The notes beneath the pieces are model-generated. The model was not told the origin of the DNA. It searched no databases and was given only the letters and a program-made list of their open reading frames with translations. From a virus (lineage: Duplodnaviria > Caudoviricetes), in the IMG/VR virus record IMGVR_UViG_3300032931_000510, positions 1 through 52,494 of that record: a stretch of 52,494 nt of DNA; one strand, written 5' to 3'. Each line of letters opens with the position of its first letter. The stretch's first letter is position 1. A program made the translations under genes and the position numbers. Positions 19,452 to 28,824 of the stretch are shown here, piece by piece.

Positions 19452-22042
19452 GAAAAGAAATCCTCCAAACTCGATTCCACTTCTGGCGTCCAACCGATGA
19501 CCTTCAGCACGATATTGAGCGGATCAAGAAACGACTTATTGAACTGCAACTCATAATCCACACAGGTCTGTAACTGAAATTCCTTAGGGCAGCGCGTCAA
19601 AAACGCCATGACATAGGAGTTAAATGGGTTAGGTTCGCGCAGATAGATATACTTTAATTTATCTCCGTCACGAATCGGCTCATAATGTGCTTCCAATCCA
19701 AGCTGTTCGATGAAATAGTTATAGACAAGGGCACCACGCGCATTGATGGGCGTTCCGCCCTTACAGACCACACCAGGATCATCCTCGATCAATTCCAGGA
19801 TGCCGGTGACTTCCCCTTGACTCTTCTCGGTCCCACTGACCGAACGAGGGAAGGCAATCTCTTCTAGAGGCAAGGCATTGAACTTCGAACGAAAATCCGC
19901 AATGAATGCTTGGAGTTCCTGTTCGGAACCATTCAGAATAATCTTCAAGGCCTCTTTGATTTTTGTTCGACTGGCCGATGGGGTCGAGGATTTGATCGCC
20001 TCAAGACCCGTGATCTTAATCTTTGGTTCGGTATAGCGGACCCCTTCTTCGTCATAGACATTCAAGATATAGCGTTTCTTGGCCGTCCAGATTGCGGTAT
20101 CACACAACGATTCCCGCTTCATCTGCATCTTCTGCCCATAGGCATGCACGTAATCCGACAACGACTGAAACGCAGGATCGATCACCGTGCGCTGAATAAT
20201 CGCACAGGCGCCATCCATCCACTCAATGACCGCGGGAGTTGGAGGATACTCAACTCGTTTGCTGATCTTATTCCAATAGACTTTATCCACCAAGGGACCT
20301 AAATTCAAATAGACCGAATCGGTATCCATAGCCAGAATATAATCCACATCCGTGGTGTTCAGCAGTTTCCTCATGTAGCCATTTAACTTCGATTCGATCC
20401 ACTGGATGCTCAACTGTCCTGCCAGGGTCACACCCTCGGCAATGCGAACATCAAAGAAGCGGAAATATTCATTGCCCATCGCACCGTACGCAGAATTGAG
20501 TGCGACCTTCTTGGCTAATTGAAGAATCTTATATCGAGAAATGAGATAGCTCAACTCTTTCTTCCGAACGGGATCTTTGCAGGTCTCTTTCTCTTTTTGT
20601 GCTTGGATCTGCTTGGTCTTATAGATCACACGACCATCATACATGGTCTGCATAATCTCCGATAAAAATCCCTGTCGATCTGTCCGAAAGAACTGACCAT
20701 TCGGTGTCATGGTACAGCCTTGCAGACCTGACAAATCAAGCGTCTGTTCCAGGAGTTTCGTCACCGTGACCTTTTGCTCTCTGATTGCGGTCATGGAGGG
20801 GGTATAGTCTTGTTCTTCGATCAACATCTCAGGAGACAGATTATACTGCATAATCAAATGGGGATACAAACTATTCAGATCGAATGATCCCACCCAACGA
20901 TGGCGACCCAACTGCGGGACCTTGACAAAGGCGCCCTCATAGGACTTCTCTTTGGTATGTGTCCGTTTCTGTGGGACAATGATGTTTTTCTTGAGGAGAT
21001 GATTATAACAAATGCAATCCCACATACGGACCTGGGTAAACACATCATCAAAATTTGTTTTGTTGTCATACCCCAAGGTGATGGCCATGTCCACCAGTCG
21101 GCTCTTGTCGTTCAGCTTGACGACCAGTTCAACGTCCCGAATGTTATATTCAATGAACTTCTGATAATTTTTGAGATATAACATCTGGAGGGAGTCGTAT
21201 TCATCATAGGACAGCTTGGTCTCGTCCAGTTCGACCGACGCAATATCACCCAGCTTATAACTTTCCTGGGCATGATTGGGGGCATACTTCCGAAACAGTT
21301 GGAGATAATCGAGCGTACAAATACCAACCAGATCCCAGGTAGAGATGTCCTTACCATAGAAGTGTTCGGTCTTATTTTCTAGGATACCCCAAGGCGAGAG
21401 TCGGTTCCCTTCATCAGGATTCCATAAATTCGTGATACGATTCACCAGATACGGAATATCGAAGGTCTTGACATTCCAACCTGTCACGATATCGGGCGGG
21501 GAGTCAGTCCAAAATGTCAAAAATTGTTGGAGCATATGCTCCTCGTTCTGGCACAGATGCCAGCGCACATCACCGCGATGAGGTGTGTACGACCCATATC
21601 CAAACACATGATAATTCACAGAGTTCGAATATTTCACGGTGATCGCGGTCACGGGCTGAGTGGCATGATCTGGATGGGGGAATCCCTCAGCAGAGCCGAC
21701 CTCAATGTCCAGATACGCGACCACCACGTCATCAAGCTTCCATTGGATTTCCTCTTCGGGATGTTCTTCCGCAATGAAGGCATATTCATGGTTGGCCATG
21801 CCATAGGTTTCGAATCCTGCCACCTTCTCATAGCGTTTCTTATGGAGGAACGCTTCATACATCGTCTCAAATTGAATGGGGGCGAGATACTGGCCCTTCA
21901 GATTCGTATATTGGGTGGGAGTAGGGGAGCGAAGATAGGCGGTCGGCTTATACGGGATTTTGAGCCGTACAGGCCGACCATCTTGAATGCCACGATAGAG
22001 CAGATTCGAACCAGACACCGCGACATTTGTGTAATATCTCAT
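19448..22042 (-). CDS. 43: Family B DNA polymerase gp43
   Basis: DIEV (ExoI), GWNVKTFD, SFDLNSLYP, KKVALNSAYG, MDTDS, KKRY. Start placed at MRYYTNV (22042). Confidence 0.97.
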   Translation of the reverse strand: MRYYTNVAVSGSNLLYRGIQDGRPVRLKIPYKPTAYLRSPTPTQYTNLKGQYLAPIQFETMYEAFLHKKRYEKVAGFETYGMANHEYAFIAEEHPEEEIQWKLDDVVVAYLDIEVGSAEGFPHPDHATQPVTAITVKYSNSVNYHVFGYGSYTPHRGDVRWHLCQNEEHMLQQFLTFWTDSPPDIVTGWNVKTFDIPYLVNRITNLWNPDEGNRLSPWGILENKTEHFYGKDISTWDLVGICTLDYLQLFRKYAPNHAQESYKLGDIASVELDETKLSYDEYDSLQMLYLKNYQKFIEYNIRDVELVVKLNDKSRLVDMAITLGYDNKTNFDDVFTQVRMWDCICYNHLLKKNIIVPQKRTHTKEKSYEGAFVKVPQLGRHRWVGSFDLNSLYPHLIMQYNLSPEMLIEEQDYTPSMTAIREQKVTVTKLLEQTLDLSGLQGCTMTPNGQFFRTDRQGFLSEIMQTMYDGRVIYKTKQIQAQKEKETCKDPVRKKELSYLISRYKILQLAKKVALNSAYGAMGNEYFRFFDVRIAEGVTLAGQLSIQWIESKLNGYMRKLLNTTDVDYILAMDTDSVYLNLGPLVDKVYWNKISKRVEYPPTPAVIEWMDGACAIIQRTVIDPAFQSLSDYVHAYGQKMQMKRESLCDTAIWTAKKRYILNVYDEEGVRYTEPKIKITGLEAIKSSTPSASRTKIKEALKIILNGSEQELQAFIADFRSKFNALPLEEIAFPRSVSGTEKSQGEVTGILELIEDDPGVVCKGGTPINARGALVYNYFIEQLGLEAHYEPIRDGDKLKYIYLREPNPFNSYVMAFLTRCPKEFQLQTCVDYELQFNKSFLDPLNIVLKVIGWTPEVESSLEDFFS

Positions 22043-22048
22043 GATGCT

Positions 22049-22077
22049 ATTATAACACAACCGTCGTGAAATGTCAA
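22049..22077 (-). promoter_or_regulatory. Perfect sigma70 promoter TTGACA-17-TATAAT
   Basis: Exact consensus; the -10 box ends 6 nt before the gp43 ATG. Confidence 0.85.
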
Positions 22078-22079
22078 CA

Positions 22080-22445
22080 TTATACGCGATGCAGGCCACC
22101 AGGAATACCACCAAGAGGCGGCGGTATAATCAATCCACTCTCGCTGTAGTTCTGCCGATACGCATTTTCCACTTGCAGCAAGGGAGTCAGGGTATGGAGA
22201 ATCGAGGACGCGGCAAAAGGGACGCCTGCTTCAAATTCGGTGCAAAATTCCAGATAGGGATTGAATCCCAATTGACCCTTTTCTTGTGGGGTTCTTCCAG
22301 GTACAACACCGACCATCACAGGTCGCTTGAGGACGGTCGGGGGCGTTTCGGGAGCGAGTGTGCCGTGACTCCAAGCACTCACCTCAACCAATTCACCTAC
22401 GATGGGGCCCACACCTTGAATCATCAACATCACGATCTTCGACAT
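22080..22445 (-). CDS. Hypothetical protein (T4-like, upstream of gp43)
   Basis: AGGAG SD; fits the operon. Confidence 0.65.
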   Translation of the reverse strand: MSKIVMLMIQGVGPIVGELVEVSAWSHGTLAPETPPTVLKRPVMVGVVPGRTPQEKGQLGFNPYLEFCTEFEAGVPFAASSILHTLTPLLQVENAYRQNYSESGLIIPPPLGGIPGGLHRV

Positions 22446-22448
22446 AAT

Positions 22449-22808
22449 CTAGTTCTCCTTTTTCATAAATGGGGTTAACTCCGGCGGTGTCCAATCCGCA
22501 GGTTTCAAAATTTTCCCGTCTTCACGACGGCGGACATGCCCTGTACTCGGATCGACTTTCGCCATATTAGATCGCTGGACTTCATTCCATCCACCTTGAC
22601 CATCCCATCCACGCTGAATCATATGTCCGATAATGACATAGATCAGATCAAGGCAGGCATCGAATTCTTCCACTTCATCGTTGGCCTCGACGGCATCAAA
22701 CAATTCAGTGAATTCTTCTTTGATCAATCGATGATAAAAATTATGCTCAGGACGATGGGTATCGAACTGATTGGTCGCCTCTTGAAATGCCAGCACATCC
22801 TTAATCAT
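22449..22808 (-). CDS. MazG-like / PRA-PH family NTP pyrophosphohydrolase
   Basis: LIKEEFTEL, DACLDLIYV, EVQRSNMAK, REDGKILKP. Start at the ATGA overlap (22808). Confidence 0.85.
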   Translation of the reverse strand: MIKDVLAFQEATNQFDTHRPEHNFYHRLIKEEFTELFDAVEANDEVEEFDACLDLIYVIIGHMIQRGWDGQGGWNEVQRSNMAKVDPSTGHVRRREDGKILKPADWTPPELTPFMKKEN

Positions 22809-23323
22809 GCCACAATGCCTTTCGTATAGATCACTTGACCATGCACACGGGTGGAGGTAAACACTTCTTTCCTCGGTTTCCAGTTTGGATCGACTTGTAC
22901 CAGCGGGGCCGCACACCAACTCACATGCACCCAGCCTGAATTGGGATCGCCTGGGGTATAAAATTCGAGAATGACTTGATCGAAGTCTCCAAGATGACCC
23001 ACACACCATTGCGCCAGGGTCACATTATCTACCCCCTGCACTTCGAAGTCGGCCGCCTGTCCTAGACAATGTTTGCTGATTTTCGTCAGGGTGGTCGTCA
23101 TCGGATTCACGACCATGTTCAGGGCCATCGAACGATAGCCCGAATTCACCGTGACCGCGCCATACACTTTCCGTACAGGCTCTAAGACATATTGACAGAC
23201 CAATCCAAGATTGACCAGATGCTCTGGTGTGGGAGTATTATCCACTCCCATACGAATCGCGGTTCCCGAACGAGTCAGTTCTTTATAGGAAAAATGCGGC
23301 GTCATCATCCGTTGTTCAGCCAT
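22805..23323 (-). CDS. Peptidase M15 (Zn D-Ala-D-Ala peptidase fold), probable endolysin
   Basis: HFSYKEL, NSGYRS, SKHCLGQAAD, WVHVS. Confidence 0.85.
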   Translation of the reverse strand: MAEQRMMTPHFSYKELTRSGTAIRMGVDNTPTPEHLVNLGLVCQYVLEPVRKVYGAVTVNSGYRSMALNMVVNPMTTTLTKISKHCLGQAADFEVQGVDNVTLAQWCVGHLGDFDQVILEFYTPGDPNSGWVHVSWCAAPLVQVDPNWKPRKEVFTSTRVHGQVIYTKGIVA

Positions 23324-23555
23324 GGGGCACCCCCTGTAATTGTTGAATGAGTTGTCGCATAATGATCTGACCCACTTGTTGATTGAATAGTTCCCCATCT
23401 CCATCAGACGCCGATTGGACCGTCTCAAGCCCCAGGGTGACCGTAAACGAGATTTTGGGTACGGACTCATTCACCTGCACATCAGACACCTGAAGTGAGA
23501 TGCCTTGGGCCTGTTGTCCTGGTAACAGTGGAGGCATGTTAGCGATTAGGTCCAT
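23316..23555 (-). CDS. Hypothetical protein
   Basis: Short overlaps with neighbours on both sides; GAGG SD. Confidence 0.55.
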   Translation of the reverse strand: MDLIANMPPLLPGQQAQGISLQVSDVQVNESVPKISFTVTLGLETVQSASDGDGELFNQQVGQIIMRQLIQQLQGVPHG

Positions 23556-24142
23556 AATCCTCGGCGCACCTTCATCAGACGGATCAGTTGAGCTTCGTCC
23601 TCGTCATGGTATCGTTCTTCAATCGCCCCTGCCTTTTCGAGTTCAGCAAAATATTTCGCCTTGAGGCCATCAGCATCATCGCTCCTATCGAACAATTCTT
23701 TGATGCCACAACGAAGATCGCTGACCTGCGACCAAGGGTCCAATCGTGCCGGTCGGTCCACGGTCCACCAGGTATACAAGGCGAGCATTTCTCCTGCATG
23801 ATGCGCTTGACTCGGCGAGTCTTCCAGACCGATGGCCCAGAGCAAATGCTTACATCCACCGACGGCATCCCGCCGGGCATCGTCATACCACGACACAAAC
23901 GGAATATAGCGGCTCCAGCGAGACCAACGGGATTCGTCTGGGTCTCCACACCAACGATCATGTTGGGGCAGTTCCAGTTCCACAAAATCAACAAGAATTT
24001 GAAACACGGCACACAACATGATATGATCCCGATCATGCCACTGCCATCCACGAATGTCTGGATGGCGGATATACAAATGCCGTGGATGATAGACCATCCG
24101 ACAACGAAGGGCATTCCACCAATTTGATATATTAAAATCCAT
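23546..24142 (-). CDS. Hypothetical phage protein (Trp-rich)
   Basis: WHDRD...FQILVDFVE...LYTWW...RLMKVRRGLWT; AAGGA SD. Confidence 0.6.
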   Translation of the reverse strand: MDFNISNWWNALRCRMVYHPRHLYIRHPDIRGWQWHDRDHIMLCAVFQILVDFVELELPQHDRWCGDPDESRWSRWSRYIPFVSWYDDARRDAVGGCKHLLWAIGLEDSPSQAHHAGEMLALYTWWTVDRPARLDPWSQVSDLRCGIKELFDRSDDADGLKAKYFAELEKAGAIEERYHDEDEAQLIRLMKVRRGLWT

Positions 24143-24455
24143 AATTGTCCTTGGGGTATAAGTGTGAATTACTGGTCCCGGCCGGTCGCGCAAGAAGCTC
24201 CTGCCTCAGTTGCTCGCACATGGCAATCGTTTCATTTCGTCGTAAGGTCATCTCGGCGAGCCGCTGCTTGAGGGCCTGAACGTACAGGTCCATAGGACGG
24301 CTCTCTGCCCCTGTAAGTCCTAATACACGACTAATTGCCTCCAACTCGTTTTGGCATGCCGCCAACTCTGCGGCTTGGTCCACAAACATCTGATAGCGTT
24401 TGCGGTTCATCTCTTCAGGCGAATCTTTCATGGACTTAATGATATCTGGTAACAT
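24132..24455 (-). CDS. Hypothetical coiled-coil protein
   Basis: Fits the operon; heptad-like composition. Confidence 0.55.
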   Translation of the reverse strand: MLPDIIKSMKDSPEEMNRKRYQMFVDQAAELAACQNELEAISRVLGLTGAESRPMDLYVQALKQRLAEMTLRRNETIAMCEQLRQELLARPAGTSNSHLYPKDNYGF

Positions 24456-24456
24456 C

Positions 24457-24606
24457 TCAGTGGACCTTCACCATGGCCGGGGCCGACACGATCAGTTCAT
24501 AGTCTGGATTTGTCGTTAAGAATTCTTGTAATTCAGTCCACGACATTGGTGGGAACTGGACCACGGTTTCTGGATGCTCAATCACACGAACAGCATAAAG
24601 TGGCAT
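24457..24606 (-). CDS. 49-aa hypothetical protein (not in ORF track)
   Basis: AAGGAG SD; MPLYAVRVIEHPETVVQFPPMSWTELQEFLTTNPDYELIVSAPAMVKVH; exactly fills the gap. Confidence 0.7.
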   Translation of the reverse strand: MPLYAVRVIEHPETVVQFPPMSWTELQEFLTTNPDYELIVSAPAMVKVH

Positions 24607-24614
24607 AGGACTCC

Positions 24615-25268
24615 TTACAGATCAATGACGGTAATCGGATTCGTTGGCCGATAGCTCAGATCACACACCGACACATTGAAGAATCGCGTTCGCACCGTGG
24701 GATGCTGATAGGTGCCATACCCTTCATGGATATGCCCAAACAGATGAACGCGCGGCTGAATCTCCATCACACGGCGGAGTAAGTTCACATCACCCACATG
24801 CGGATCTTCTCCTGGACAAGGTTCTTTGACCAGATCCAAAATGCCTTTAGGTGGCCCATGCGTAATCAACACATCAATCCGTTTGGGGATATTATCCCAC
24901 AGGTCCCTGGAACGATCCCCATTCGGGGGATAATCGAAGGCCCAATCAGACGGATCATGAATCGCCGGAGAGAAAGGCGAACCAAAGAAGGTCAGACCTC
25001 CAAGGCTCACCCGTTCATGGGCCAGATAATGCGCCGGGGCAAATTCCTCTTTGGTCCAGTGACGATCCCCTTCCAAGCATACATCATGATTGCCTGCCAC
25101 GATGATCTTGTGTGTATGGGGTAAGGCCTTGAACCATCGGGCAAACTCACAGACCTGGGGGATGTTGGCCCGCATCGAGAAGTCGCCGACATGAATCAAG
25201 AAGTCACCATCAGGGATGGTCAATTTTTTATGGTACCCGTGGGTATCACTCAGACAAACTAATCTCAT
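24615..25268 (-). CDS. Calcineurin-like metallophosphoesterase
   Basis: SDTH, VGD, GNHD, THGPP, FGHIHE. Confidence 0.9.
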   Translation of the reverse strand: MRLVCLSDTHGYHKKLTIPDGDFLIHVGDFSMRANIPQVCEFARWFKALPHTHKIIVAGNHDVCLEGDRHWTKEEFAPAHYLAHERVSLGGLTFFGSPFSPAIHDPSDWAFDYPPNGDRSRDLWDNIPKRIDVLITHGPPKGILDLVKEPCPGEDPHVGDVNLLRRVMEIQPRVHLFGHIHEGYGTYQHPTVRTRFFNVSVCDLSYRPTNPITVIDL

Positions 25269-25301
25269 GGTTGTGTTGTATATCCTTCTCGCATATCAGA
25301 T

Positions 25302-25330
25302 AGTATACTACAATTCCGGAAGATTGTCAA
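25302..25330 (-). promoter_or_regulatory. sigma70-type promoter TTGACA-17-TATACT
   Basis: Read directly from the sequence. Confidence 0.8.
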
Positions 25331-25338
25331 GAAGTATT

Positions 25339-27495
25339 TTATGGTATGGATATCGGTGCTATCGGTACCCCTATGGTAAATCCCCACCAGTTTTCAGGTA
25401 AATCTGAAGTAAAGGTCAATGTGGTCATGGTACCAGGAAATTGTAGCAGACCGTTGCCTTCAAATCCTGAGACCACGGTACCTAACACCGTGAGTGGTCT
25501 ACCGGTTCCCCAATTTCCGGGTCCGGTCTTGAGGAGCACTACCGGCTGTGTACCAAAATTCAGATTCACGGTGCCTATGCCTCCCAACGAGAGAATCGCC
25601 ATAATCGGATTCGTCACAGGCTGAGCAAAGGTAATCGTATGGGTACCGGGTCCTGTGATACGAATCGCATCCGCCGTCCCTGGTGAGTTGGTCACCACCG
25701 GCGAGACCGTATAGGTCTGTGGAAAATTCTTAAAGAAATTGACTTCGCCCGCCGTGCCGAGTTGTGGCGCAAGAATCGGACCAGTCGAATCAAACACCAA
25801 TGCCGCGCCACTCAACGTCCCGACCACACGAGCCGGCACCAAGGTACTTGAAGTCAGATCGGCCCATGCCACCGTGGGAGCAGGTGGTGGAGGCGGAGGA
25901 GGCGGAGGAGGCGGAGGAGGCGGAGGCGGTGGAATGATCCCGGTCGATGTCGGACCCGGAAAGGTCATCGATACTTCATTGGACGGTCCGCTTTCTCCCG
26001 TCACATTGAAGGCCGTCAGACGAAAAAAGTAGACCGTCGGACCCAAGACCATACCAGAATCAAGGATTTCGTCCATGGTGATCGGATGGGGCACTTCCGT
26101 CAATGGCGTCACAGGATAGACACCTGAGGTGGTGGAACGATAGAGACGATAGCCATCAGTGGGCCCTGTGACATTCGGAATCGGATCGGGATTCTTGTCC
26201 CAGGACAGGGTCGCCGTACCTGTGACGGCCACACTATCCAGGGGCACCACATTCAGGGTCAGATTCACGGTCACTGACGGGACAATCGCGGTGGTGCTCC
26301 GAATCGTCATGGTTCCGGTATAGACGCCATCAGCAAGCCCTGTCGGATTCGCCGTGAGAGATAGGCTAGAAGGGGTCGAGATGACTCCCAGCCATGCGAT
26401 AGGGGTCGGACTCATCGTAACACTCACGCCGCCTAATGTTCCTGTGCCTCCATTCACGATATTCACGATCTGAGATCGGATGGCAGGACCGCCATTCGCC
26501 CCAGTAAACGTGAGGTTGAGGGGATGCACGACCAGTGTCGGGGCTTTGGTCACCGTCAGCGTCACCGGCACGGTCAGATTGGACTGACCTGGAGACGAGA
26601 TCGTGATCGTGGCCTCATAGATCCCTGGTACAAGACCTGTGAGCAACGCCTGCACATTGAACGAACTTCTAAAGGTATCGATACGCACATACGGCACCAC
26701 AGGGGTGGTCGGGACAGGAGTCGGGACAGGAAAGGTGACCACGGCCGTAAAGGTCGAGACCCCCGTGACCAGGACGGTTTGGGGTGCAGGATTGGTGCCG
26801 GTCTGACCAAATTGACGCCCGATGATCGTGACGAGCGCCCGATCTACCGCAAACGGCACAGGGGCCACAGGGGTCGTGACCACATTCAAGGCCACAGGAA
26901 TTCGGGTATCTGGTGCGCCAGGGACCACAAGGAGCAAGGTGCCGGTATAATTCCCCGGTGCCAGGCCAGTTTGGACCACGGCCAATTGGACCGTGTTGAA
27001 TTTCAGCAGGGAGACCTTGAGCCATGTCGGGACTTGACGAATGGACCAACTACTGGTGGTCGTGATGTTCAAGGTTTGGGTCGCCGGGGCGCCAGCATTC
27101 TGTTGGGCCGTGAACGTAAAGGTGGCCGGGCTGACCGTGACGGTCGCTGGTGGTATCACTCCCGCAATTTTGTCTATCGTGATCGTGATGGATTGTTTAT
27201 TCGTAAAGACGAATTGGCAGGCGTTGCCGGTGCAGTTGGGTAGACTCCATTTACTGACCCGTGAACCGACCTCAGGCACGACCGTGAGTGTTGCCGTTCC
27301 CGTGGGTGTTGTACCAGGTAGATACAGGAAGTCTAGGACGCAGGTGGTGCCGCACGATACGCCTGCTGGTGCCGACGTAATGATGCCTTTGCCTGTGCCT
27401 CCTTTACGGACTTCAAGAATGACAGAGGCTTCGGTAGAGATCGAGAAGCCTAATGTACCCAGTAACAAGAGGCCAATGAAGAATAATTTATTCAT
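25339..27495 (-). CDS. Signal-peptide protein with tandem Ig/BACON-like repeats, FN3-like domain and polyproline linker
   Basis: MNKLFFIGLLLLGTLGFSISTEA signal; three L(AP/VP/AD)GxYxxT...V.V.L.V repeats; ATLSWD...YRLYR...YFFRLTAFNVTGESGPSNEV; long Pro run. Confidence 0.75.
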   Translation of the reverse strand: MNKLFFIGLLLLGTLGFSISTEASVILEVRKGGTGKGIITSAPAGVSCGTTCVLDFLYLPGTTPTGTATLTVVPEVGSRVSKWSLPNCTGNACQFVFTNKQSITITIDKIAGVIPPATVTVSPATFTFTAQQNAGAPATQTLNITTTSSWSIRQVPTWLKVSLLKFNTVQLAVVQTGLAPGNYTGTLLLVVPGAPDTRIPVALNVVTTPVAPVPFAVDRALVTIIGRQFGQTGTNPAPQTVLVTGVSTFTAVVTFPVPTPVPTTPVVPYVRIDTFRSSFNVQALLTGLVPGIYEATITISSPGQSNLTVPVTLTVTKAPTLVVHPLNLTFTGANGGPAIRSQIVNIVNGGTGTLGGVSVTMSPTPIAWLGVISTPSSLSLTANPTGLADGVYTGTMTIRSTTAIVPSVTVNLTLNVVPLDSVAVTGTATLSWDKNPDPIPNVTGPTDGYRLYRSTTSGVYPVTPLTEVPHPITMDEILDSGMVLGPTVYFFRLTAFNVTGESGPSNEVSMTFPGPTSTGIIPPPPPPPPPPPPPPPPPAPTVAWADLTSSTLVPARVVGTLSGAALVFDSTGPILAPQLGTAGEVNFFKNFPQTYTVSPVVTNSPGTADAIRITGPGTHTITFAQPVTNPIMAILSLGGIGTVNLNFGTQPVVLLKTGPGNWGTGRPLTVLGTVVSGFEGNGLLQFPGTMTTLTFTSDLPENWWGFTIGVPIAPISIP
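25884..25934. repeat. GGAGGCGGA-type repeat encoding a polyproline tract
   Basis: Seen directly. Confidence 0.85.
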
Positions 27496-27684
27496 ACCAG
27501 AGTCCCACAACACTTACCTAGCCATTGAAGGAAGTATTGAATCATTATCCTGTCGCTTCGCGTCAGCTTCACTCCACTCACTATCGTTCGTTTCGTTCAG
27601 CGGCAGGCATTAATTCATTAATCACGACTCAAGGCAGGATGAAAGGTGAATTCAAACCGGATTCATCTAAGACTATCTTCGGAT

Positions 27685-27735
27685 TATTTATACATGATTT
27701 TTATGCCGAAACGGCTGTTATGGCGCATATTTATG
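27685..27735 (-). promoter_or_regulatory. Two late-promoter boxes: TATAAATA (27685-27692) and CATAAATA (27728-27735)
   Basis: Intergenic region upstream of the Ig-like gene. Confidence 0.55.
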
Positions 27736-27808
27736 GTAACACAGGTGTATCTTCTTAATATGATACGCGAAAAAATATTTTAAAACATTTGGTGTTACTC
27801 GTTACTAC

Positions 27809-28216
27809 TTAGACGGTCTTTTTCCCGATGGTATACTTGACGACCAACTGCCATTGAGATTTTTCCCGATGGGGAATGATGCGAATTTGATGGAGGGGTG
27901 CGAAGTTGCCCGCACAGATGGCCGGATTCAGAATGGTGCAGAGATGCCATTCTTCCAAGAGACGGGCAATGGCATTGCGCCGACCTAGATCAGCGAGATC
28001 CAGATTGGTCTCTTTGCCATCCAAGGCGAATAATTCCTTGAAATGAAGAATCGCATACCGTCCTTGTTTGTGGAGAATATGGCAGGATTGATAGAGGGTA
28101 AGGTCTTTGGTGGAGGCCACGCCTATACGGGTAAGAGTTTCTCGAATTTTTAAAAAGGCATCAGGATCAGGAAGAGAAATTTCAACTCCAGTTCCTTTGA
28201 AAATATCATACGACAT
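27809..28216 (-). CDS. regA: Translational repressor RegA
   Basis: FLKIRETLTRIGVAS, LYQSCHILHKQGRY, HFKELFALDG. Confidence 0.96.
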   Translation of the reverse strand: MSYDIFKGTGVEISLPDPDAFLKIRETLTRIGVASTKDLTLYQSCHILHKQGRYAILHFKELFALDGKETNLDLADLGRRNAIARLLEEWHLCTILNPAICAGNFAPLHQIRIIPHREKSQWQLVVKYTIGKKTV

Positions 28217-28802
28217 AAGAGCACCTATATCCCTTATGTTGGTATTCTTTTCCTCTGGCGACTTGTATCATTCTTCCTTGGTTGAGTGAATATTCTCGAC
28301 AAAATTGGCTCATATTTGTAATGATAGAGGAATTTCCGGTTGGAAATATGATTCTGAACTGTTTAGATGTCGCAATCGCATGATTTATGTTATGTTCTTC
28401 TGTTCTTGGTGGTTTTCTTTTTCCCTTTAGTCCCTTTGATATTTTTTCTTTATGTTCTTTTGAGTGGGGACCATATTTCTTGCCAAGCTTGGCTAAGGAT
28501 AAATTTTGACAATGTGACTTACTCTTTATCCTACCTTTATTAGTTTCTCCTCCTTTTTTGGCTGATTCGGAAACAGCCTCTTCGTGCCCGACAATTCCAG
28601 ACAAAGCCAACCAAGCTAAGCGGTCTTGCCATCGACCGAATCGTTCGTAAAGTTGTTTGTGTGCGAGCGAGTGTTGTTCCACTGTCAAGTGGATTATGTT
28701 CGAATCGTCGTCTGAGCCGCCGGCGTGCCTAGGAAGAATGTGGTGTTTATGTAGGGGGGTAGAGGGTAATTGGGTTTGCATCGGTACAGTCACTTTCTTC
28801 AT
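28206..28802 (-). mobile_element. Free-standing HNH homing endonuclease with NUMOD3-like repeats
   Basis: HKHHILPRHAGGSDDDSN...H...H; HSKEHKEKISK; AT-rich; GATAAATA box at 28822-28829. Confidence 0.85.
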
Positions 28803-28824
28803 AAAAAGTCACGATACCATGTAT

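Noticed and set aside
22043-22114. N-terminal extension of gp43 given in the ORF track
   Set aside because: It spans the consensus promoter and overlaps the upstream gene. The same reasoning shortened the starts of gp45, uvsY and the SLOG gene.
27515-27808. tRNA gene in the intergenic gap
   Set aside because: No cloverleaf or T-loop consensus could be built by eye.
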